From: Octopus bimaculoides
Taxonomy: Eukaryota
Direction: 5' to 3'
Assembly (NCBI RefSeq): GCF_001194135.2
Contig: NC_068984.1
Span: forward strand, 37,512,044-37,569,584
DNA: 57,541 nt
Positions 50,205 to 57,541 of this stretch are shown here, one piece after another. The notes below the pieces were generated by a model, which did no database searches, had not been told where the DNA came from, and was given only the letters and a program-made list of their open reading frames with translations. Position numbers and translations under genes: made by a program. How positions within the stretch are numbered: the stretch's first letter is position 1; each line of letters opens with the position of its first letter.

Positions 50205-50405
50205 AGCTTTTATTTGTTTCAGCCACTGGAATGCGGCTATGCTGGAGCACCACATTGAAGGGTTTAGTCAAAGAAACTTATCCCGGTACTTATCTTTAAA
50301 GCCTGGTACTTCTATTTGTTCTTTCGCCGAACCGCTAAGATGTGGGGACGTAAACAAACCAATACGAGTAAACAAAACCAAGCGGTGGTGGCTGACAAAC
50401 ATATA
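50205..50405 (-). mobile_element. SINE family A 3' half
   Basis: Reverse complement GTTTACGTCCCCACATCTTAGCGGTTCGGCG...GTGCTCCAGCATAGCCGC..CTGAAACAAATAAAAG. Confidence 0.8.
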
Positions 50406-50412
50406 CACCATT

Positions 50413-50465
<53 letters not shown>

Positions 50466-50532
50466 CACGCACACAAACACACACATATATATATACACAC
50501 ACACATGTGTATGTGTGTTTGTGTGTATATAA

Positions 50533-50597
<65 letters not shown>

Positions 50598-50716
50598 TAG
50601 ATAGATAGATAGATAGATAAAACTTACTTATATAATAATGCAAATAATATATATGCATATATACATACATATATGTACATACGTACATATATATGTATAT
50701 ACATATGCATATATGG

Positions 50717-51300
50717 GTACAGGACGTCATTGAACGTAAACAAGATGAAATACGAACTTTTTTTGCGAACAACGAAAGAAACAAATGGAAAACAAGACAA
50801 GCAGCATAAAGAACGACCCTTCATCAGTTGTCGGCTGTTTTTCTACTCCGTATTTCGAGCAATTCACGACAAGATACGCCTTCGACAAAACAGTTGCTCC
50901 CGCAAAGCAAGTTGAATAAAATTTAAGATTTTACTGGGGGTCAAATTTGGTAACAAAAACAAGACAGTGAAAACAAACAGAAAGGGCTGCTAAGCCTAAA
51001 CGAGGTGGGGTGGCGAACGCTGGAGGAACAAGCTTTGACAGGAGACAGACAAGAATGCGTCTGATCCCTGCAGCTGATCGGAAGGAAAAGAAACTCAAGT
51101 TAGGAAAAGAAAGATGGCCGATGGTCACGTGCGAGCAACAAGAGAGCAAAGGAGGAAGAATGAGGGAGAGAGAGGGAAAGAGAGGGACAGAGAGGGACAG
51201 ACAGAGAACGGTGAAGGGGAGAGGAAAAGAATTAGAGAAAGGATGAGAGAGAAAAAAATGAAAGTGGGAGAAGGGGAGATAAAAAGAATTAGAGAAAGGA
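50717..51300 (-). mobile_element. Repeat family F copy (ORF-less, Penelope pLTR-like)
   Basis: Homolog of 4865-5316; partial inverted copy at 51576-51747. Confidence 0.75.
50816..50878 (-). ncRNA. Putative non-circularly permuted hammerhead ribozyme
   Basis: CGTA-TC-TTGTCG tgaatt GCTC-GAAA-TACG (15 nt) CGACAA-CTGATGA-A-GGGT. All core nucleotides and three pairable stems are present. Confidence 0.6.
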
Positions 51301-51444
51301 AGAGATGGGAAACGAAAGGGGGGATGGAAAGAGAAATAGAAATATAGATAGAAATAGAACAATAAGGGTCGCATCGAAATTATTAAGATAAAACTTACTT
51401 GGAAATGGATGTGTGGCGTTCAATCATATAATAATATAAATAAT

Positions 51445-51511
<67 letters not shown>

Positions 51512-51575
51512 TGCATATATACATACATATATATGTATATAAAATGCATATATGAGTACAGGACGTCATAGAACT

Positions 51576-51747
51576 CATTCTTGTTTGTCTCCTGTCAAAG
51601 CTTGTTCCTCCAGCGTTCGCCACCTCACCTCGTTTAGGCTTAGCAGCCCTTTCTGTTTGTTTTCACTGTCCTGTTTTTGTTACTAACTTTGACCTTCCAC
51701 AAAATCCCAAATTTTATTTAAACTGTTTTGTCGATGCGTATCTTGTC
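51576..51747 (+). mobile_element. Inverted partial copy of family F (reverse complement of 50868-51057)
   Basis: CATTCTTGTTTGTCTCCTGTCAAAGCTTGTTCCTCCAGCGTTCGCCACC... is a near-identical inverted match. Confidence 0.9.
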
Positions 51748-51962
51748 TACAGATCCAAGCCATCACTAGAAAGGAGAAAGCTGATTCGAAGACTACAGAT
51801 CCAAGCCATAACTAGACCTGTCAAAATCTGTAAAACTTTCCAGAAGTTTATCATTTAAATATATATGAGCATGTCTAGACATACAACTATATGCATGACA
51901 TATATACATAAAATAAAACATACAAATCTACACTTATACATGCTTACATACATACATACATA

Positions 51963-52442
51963 CATGATGACTGCCCCCTCGTTATCGAGTATGGCCATTG
52001 CACGAAGCTTAACTTAACGGTGCTGTGATCGAATGTGACTTTTTAGCCCAGCCAAAGATCTACAATGTCTTGCACAGAGTTGGCATCCAAAACCTTTACT
52101 GTCAATAGCTGGCTGTCGTTGTAATTGGGCTCCATGTACCTCTGTGTGTCGTTTAAGTCCTCCTACTGAATCACACTCCCTTCCACATGCCCGACAGACA
52201 TGATTAGTATGATGTATAGCATCATCACCAGCGGCCTGGTAGTCAATCATCAGTCTTGCTTTATGACTACGAAGATGACTCATAAGCCCAGCTTTACTGA
52301 GGCACGGTCTTGCACAGACACTGCATGTCAGTGTCATAGGAAGACCTTTACCATCTGGAAGTGCAACAACAATGCCCTTCCTGACATCCCTCCTTAATTT
52401 CTCATGTGCAGTTCGTGATTTCTCAAAAGTAGTTGTCCCCAT
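51963..52442 (-). mobile_element. RTE LINE 3' end encoding three C2H2 zinc fingers
   Basis: Open 142-aa frame with CSVCARPCLSKAGLMSHLRSH, CRACGRECDSVGGLKRHTEVH and CQLCARHCRSLAGLKSHIRSQH; RTE-like short UTR ending CATCAT. Confidence 0.75.
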
Positions 52443-52589
52443 TTTATGTATATTTTTATAGTTTGCTCATATTTTATGTAAATTTTTATAGTTTTACACA
52501 TATACATACATACATACATACATACATACATACATACATACCTGATGCACAAAAGGGAGATGCGGGAAAGTCATAAAATGAGACTTTGT

Positions 52590-52980
52590 GAATTTCATGT
52601 TAACATAAAGCTGAAGATCAGTGAAAAAGAGAACACCTATGTTGAACTATTGAGAAATCTGGAGTTACTCTACCCAGATTACAAGTTCAGATTTATACTT
52701 GTAATATATATTTATACCTGATATAAGATTTATACCTGAGATATATAAAACACTGCCTAAATACCAATCTTGAGAAATTAGTAGTTTGCAAAACCAGTAC
52801 CCAAGATGCACTTTTAGCTTCGTATCCATTATTATTGGAGCAACAAGATACATACCAACCCGACTGAAGCAAAGTATGGCTGAACTTGGCATCTTGGGAA
52901 AAGAATGCAAATCCTTAATTCATAAGCTACAAATGATCACGATATCTGGGGCTATAAAATCTGCAAGACCTTCTTAAGAG
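52590..52980 (+). mobile_element. RLE-type non-LTR retrotransposon C-terminal fragments (two pieces)
   Basis: EKENTYVELLRNLELLYPDYKF and SIIIGATRYIP...KLQMITISG resemble the end of restriction-like endonuclease domains. Confidence 0.6.
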
Positions 52981-53234
52981 TTAAAGGATGAGGGTTAAAA
53001 CAAGATATTCTTCTTCACAACCTTGCTACCAAGTAGGTAGCCAGTCAAGATTTTCTCTAAATCAAAAAGAGAAAGAGAAGACCTATATTGTTCAGTTATC
53101 AATTACTTGCGAACAACAATAGCTTCGTTGAATGCACCATTCTTCCGTTAATTCTTTTAGGTGCCTCTGTAGCCGCGAACCGAGGCAGACAATGTCTCAG
53201 TCTTCCTACCCTTAACCTATTGGAACATTCAGGA

Positions 53235-53410
53235 TATGACTGCTGGATGGAGAGAAGGCTGTACTAGTGCTAGGCTGCCTCATTTTCAATTACGTTTGCT
53301 GGAACAATACGAAACAAAGCGCTTTGCTCAACGTGCCGCCTTTTTCTGGGAATCGAACCTTCAACCTTACAATCGTGTGCGTAACACCCTAACCACTGGG
53401 TTACGTGCTT
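53235..53410 (-). mobile_element. tRNA-derived SINE head remnant
   Basis: Reverse complement CCCAGTGGTTAGGGTGTTACGCACACGATTGTAAGGTTGAAGGTTCGATTCCCAG. Confidence 0.7.
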
Positions 53411-53614
53411 TTACCATTCATACATTGATTCATTCATAGAACATTCATTAATACATACATAATGCATTCAGACATACGTGTATAATTCATACATATATAC
53501 ATACATACAACCATACATACAAACAACTACACATACATATTTCAATCTTATATACATACACACGCAACTTCATATATATACATATATATATACACATACA
53601 TGAATGTGTGTGTG

Positions 53615-53646
<32 letters not shown>

Positions 53647-53715
53647 CGTGTGTGTGTACACACATACATTCATATATACATGCAATTATATATGTAAATA
53701 TATATATATATAAAT

Positions 53716-53800
<85 letters not shown>

Positions 53801-54272
53801 AATATACAAACATATATACATATACACATGCATACTTTCACACATATATACACATATTCGTATGCGCATAGGCAGACACTTTCCTCTGATACATACATAT
53901 AACCACACAGAATACGTAATGGTGACATTTTCGCAACTATCCAAATTAGTTATTCAATTCATCACGTGAAAACATCTGCTGCGTTATGTGTTTCAATTTA
54001 CGTACTTGTACACACGACCCACCCCCTTTTTAAAACATTAATCCAACACATTGTCATCATCATCGTTATCATCATCATCATCTTCACCGTCGTCATGATC
54101 ATCATTATCATCATCATCATCAGTAGCAGTGGCAACTTTACTGTCACTATAGTAGTTGTTGCAATTGTTTTGTGTTGCTTCCACATACAAAACATCTTTT
54201 GAAACCAATCCTGTTTCTACTTGTCATAACTATTTTGTTTTTCTGTGGGGGGGTTTTTTATGTTTTGTTTGA

Positions 54273-54640
54273 TTTCCTAACGTAAGTTGGATTTTGTCGT
54301 ATATACTTTATTCTTATTTTCTAACGTAAGCTAAATTTTGCTGTTATATATTTTAGATATATTTCTTAACGTAACTTAGCTTTTGTTATATATATTTATG
54401 TTATTTTCTTAAATTAGATTTTGTCATATCTATTTATTGCTTTTTCTAACGTAATTTAGATCTGTTGTATTTAGTTTAGCTATTTCTTAATGTAAGTTAG
54501 CTTTCTTTGTATATATTTTCTGTTACTTTCCGACGTAAATTGGATTTTATCGCATTTAATTACTGTTATTTTCTAACGTATGTTAGATTTTGTCGTATTT
54601 GCTGTTTTATTTACTAATGTGAATTAGATTTTGTATTTAT
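54273..54640. repeat. Degenerate ~42-bp minisatellite, ~9 units
   Basis: Recurring TTTCTAACGTAAGTTAGATTTTGTCGTAT with spacing of about 39-45 bp. Confidence 0.85.
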
Positions 54641-54659
54641 TTACTCTTCCGTCGAAAAC

Positions 54660-54810
54660 AAAGATGTCGTCGTCGTTGTTGTTGTTGTTCTTCTTCTTCT
54701 TCTTCTTCTTCTTCTTCTTCTTGTCGTCGATGTCGTTGTTGTTGTTGCTGTTGCTGCTGTTGCTGCTGCTGCTGTTGTTTTCGTTGTCGTCGACGTCATC
54801 GTCATTGTTA
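54660..54810. repeat. Compound trinucleotide microsatellite (GTC/GTT/CTT/GCT)
   Basis: Direct reading of the sequence. Confidence 0.9.
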
Positions 54811-55169
54811 TAATGACAATAATTGCTCCTATAACTGCAGCTCTACCGACATTATGGCAACAAGGACAACAGCAATAACAAGACCTATATGGAAAATAAT
54901 AGCCAGAAGAACAAGAACAATAACAACTAGAATTTGGACTGGCTCGCATGATGATGACTGTAACACGCTGTCAACAATAGTGATAGTAACCACGAGGAAA
55001 TCACACAACAATGGCCACGAAGGAGTTACTTTTTCTGCGTTGTAAATTGAATAATCCATATGGAACTCGTTATCATGTGGCAAAAATACGGTAACTATAC
55101 GGTTTTACATCAGCTGTTGGGTGGTTATAATCATAATGGTTATAACACTACATCAAAATAAACAAAAAT

Positions 55170-55547
55170 ATTAGGAATAAATATGCAAGTCATGGTTTTG
55201 AGTTTCATTTTAACCGTGCATATGGGGATTTATCGGTTGGCAAAATCAGCAAAGATCAGCGAATAATTTGTTCGCTGATATTATAAACACGGCCATCGGC
55301 TCTTGTTAGATTTATCGGTCTTGGCTTGCTTCTGACTGAAGAGACAGAACATGTTGAAACACCGGTGTCCCAGAATCCCCCCTACGAATGAACCGAGTGT
55401 GTTTATCGTCGTAAAGAAGCTGTTTTCTTGTGATGAACACAACAGCGATTAGCATATTCGCGTTCGAATATGCTGGAACGCATTAAGAATAAATATGCCA
55501 GTCATCGTTTTGAATCTCATTGTTTACTGTGCATGTGACAATTTATT
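55170..55547 (+). repeat. ~1.2 units of a 312-nt hammerhead-containing repeat; retrozyme-like
   Basis: 55170-55235 resembles 55482-55547; HHR at 55330-55375; hairpins at 55255-55279 and 55451-55474. Confidence 0.7.
55330..55375 (+). ncRNA. Type I hammerhead ribozyme with canonical core
   Basis: TTCTGA-CTGAAGA-GACA(gaaca)TGTT-GAAA-CACCGGTG-TC-CCAGAA; 10-bp palindrome ACACCGGTGT at stem III. Confidence 0.75.
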
Positions 55548-55726
55548 AAAAGTATTACAATTAGATACATATTTAGCTTAAGAGAGGCTCTGAAAACATA
55601 ACAAACGGCTTGATGTGAGACATGAACCATGCATTGGAGACGCGACATCTCCATAAATTCTTTGTCGATGAGGAATTTGGTCGTCTTTGATCAGATAAGT
55701 GTGACTAAACCATAGTAGTACGTGTA

Positions 55727-55949
55727 TACAAGAGAGTGCTGAAAAGTTCCTGGTTTTAAGGGCATCGCGAAAGACCTGGTTGGAGGCCCATCTTACCGAG
55801 TTTTTTTAGGGGGGCTTAGAAAAACTGAAGGACAGCTGCAATAAGTGTGTGAATCTGTGAGGGGAATATGTTGAATAAAACCATAATTAACTAATCCCCA
55901 CTGTATTATTTTTTTACCAAAGCCTGGAACTTCGCAGCACCCCCTCGTA
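55727..55949 (+). mobile_element. Mariner deletion derivative (MITE, 223 bp)
   Basis: Imperfect TIRs TACAAGAGAGTGCTGAAAAGTTCCTGG / CCTGGAACTTCGCAGCACCCCCTCGTA; interior encodes GLEKLKDSCNKCVNL*GEYVE*. Confidence 0.8.
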
Positions 55950-56526
55950 ATCGAAAATGGCACATGGCATTTGAAGTATTATTCTTAAGTGCTTACTGCC
56001 TTTTGCATTCTCTAAGACTTATTTCAAAGAAAGTGGAAATGATTTTCTTTAAGTATTCACAAAATTTTCTTTTCTATTGACAAAGATAGGGAAGATTATG
56101 TAACATTCGTAATGTTTCATGAAAAGCGCGAGAAGTAGAATGAAATTGTCACAGATAAAATTAGAAACCGAAGCTAGAATTTCGTATGATGAGAATTTTG
56201 CTCTATATTTCTGTGCAAACATTACTGGCAACCAATTCCATAAAAACTCGGACCACTGACACCAATACCATTTACCAAAACCTCGCCACTACAAATACCT
56301 TTCATTAAATCACCACCACGTCCACTATTACGACTACTACTACTACTGCTACTACTAAAAATAACAATAACACTAACAACACGATTGAGTCTTCTCTTCA
56401 GTAAACCGTTTTTGCTTTGGTTTTACTTTGATACGTCGTTTTATTTTATCGAAATTGCTTTTACAATCAACATGCAATGTTGCTATAACTATTGTTCTCG
56501 ATATTGTTCCTACATACGCAGACAGA

Positions 56527-56567
<41 letters not shown>

Positions 56568-56582
56568 AGGTATGTATATGTG

Positions 56583-56613
<31 letters not shown>

Positions 56614-57421
56614 ATGCGCGCATGTGTGTACACGCGCGCCTGCTCATATCTGTATACAGAATAAGAGAGACAGAGAAGGATGAGAAATAAGGAAAAACGA
56701 AAGAGAATGATAATCAACATGAACAGTAAAGATTCTACAATAAAAGCTACAAAATAAATTCAGCAGAAACAAATAGTAAAATAAAATTAAAAAAATAAAT
56801 TTTTCCAAAAATTAAGCGAAAATAAATTATACAAATAAATTACTCCACCAAGCTAGCTTTGACCTTTACAGTTCCAATCTTGCAATGAACCTAATCACAC
56901 ACTACCTTAAGAAGGAGAAGCATCAATAAGATATCAAAAGAGACCGAGAAAGCTTGATAAAGTGATTGGGGCATTTTTTAATTCGCTTTTTTTTTTTAGA
57001 CAGATTTTAAACTAGAAATCTAACACAGCCAGTGTTGTTTGAAACTTGCATCTTAAATTCAAATGTTAAATGTTCTGCATGTATGTGAGCATGTGTGCAT
57101 GAATGCGGTGATGTGTAAGTACACTATGCATTGTTTATAACAGCGAGCAAAAGAACAAAAAAATCATGTGCGCAACAAATGTGTATATATATATGTGTGT
57201 GTGTATAATATATGTATTATATATGTATTATATATGTATATAATATATATATATACATACTTACATACATATGTATGTGTGTAGGTGCGAGTGTGTTTCT
57301 GTCTGTACGTATTGAATATGTATATTATACATATATATGTATATTACATGTACGTATGTTATATGTTTGCGTGTGCTTGTGTTTGTGCGTGTATGTGTGT
57401 GTTTGTATATCTATATCTATC

Positions 57422-57500
<79 letters not shown>

Positions 57501-57501
57501 T

Positions 57502-57534
<33 letters not shown>

Positions 57535-57541
57535 ATATATA

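Overview
Eukaryotic, AT-rich, microsatellite-saturated non-genic DNA with 11 N-gaps (1052-1344, 2462-2944, 13817-13982, 23286-23465, 28046-28862, 35002-35176, 39442-39450, 42639-43533, 46075-46185, 47171-47314, 48286-48295). The repeat repertoire resembles an octopus (cephalopod) genome; this is inference from recalled SINE families, not a database hit. I found no supportable host protein-coding exon, and most ORFs in the track are microsatellite or N-gap artefacts. The window is a TE graveyard: tRNA-derived SINEs (at least 4 families), RTE, CR1/L2-like and R4/Dong LINE relics, mariner, hAT and piggyBac-like relics, and MITEs. The main discovery signal is RNA-level: many unrelated, ORF-less repeats carry hammerhead ribozyme (HHR) motifs. 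Three sit in partial tandem units of about 312, 364 and 454 nt (retrozyme-like). One family appears to carry a hammerhead whose three strands are in non-circularly permuted order (50816-50878 minus), with compensatory stem changes in a second copy (5148-5208). All folds were assigned by eye and none was computed.
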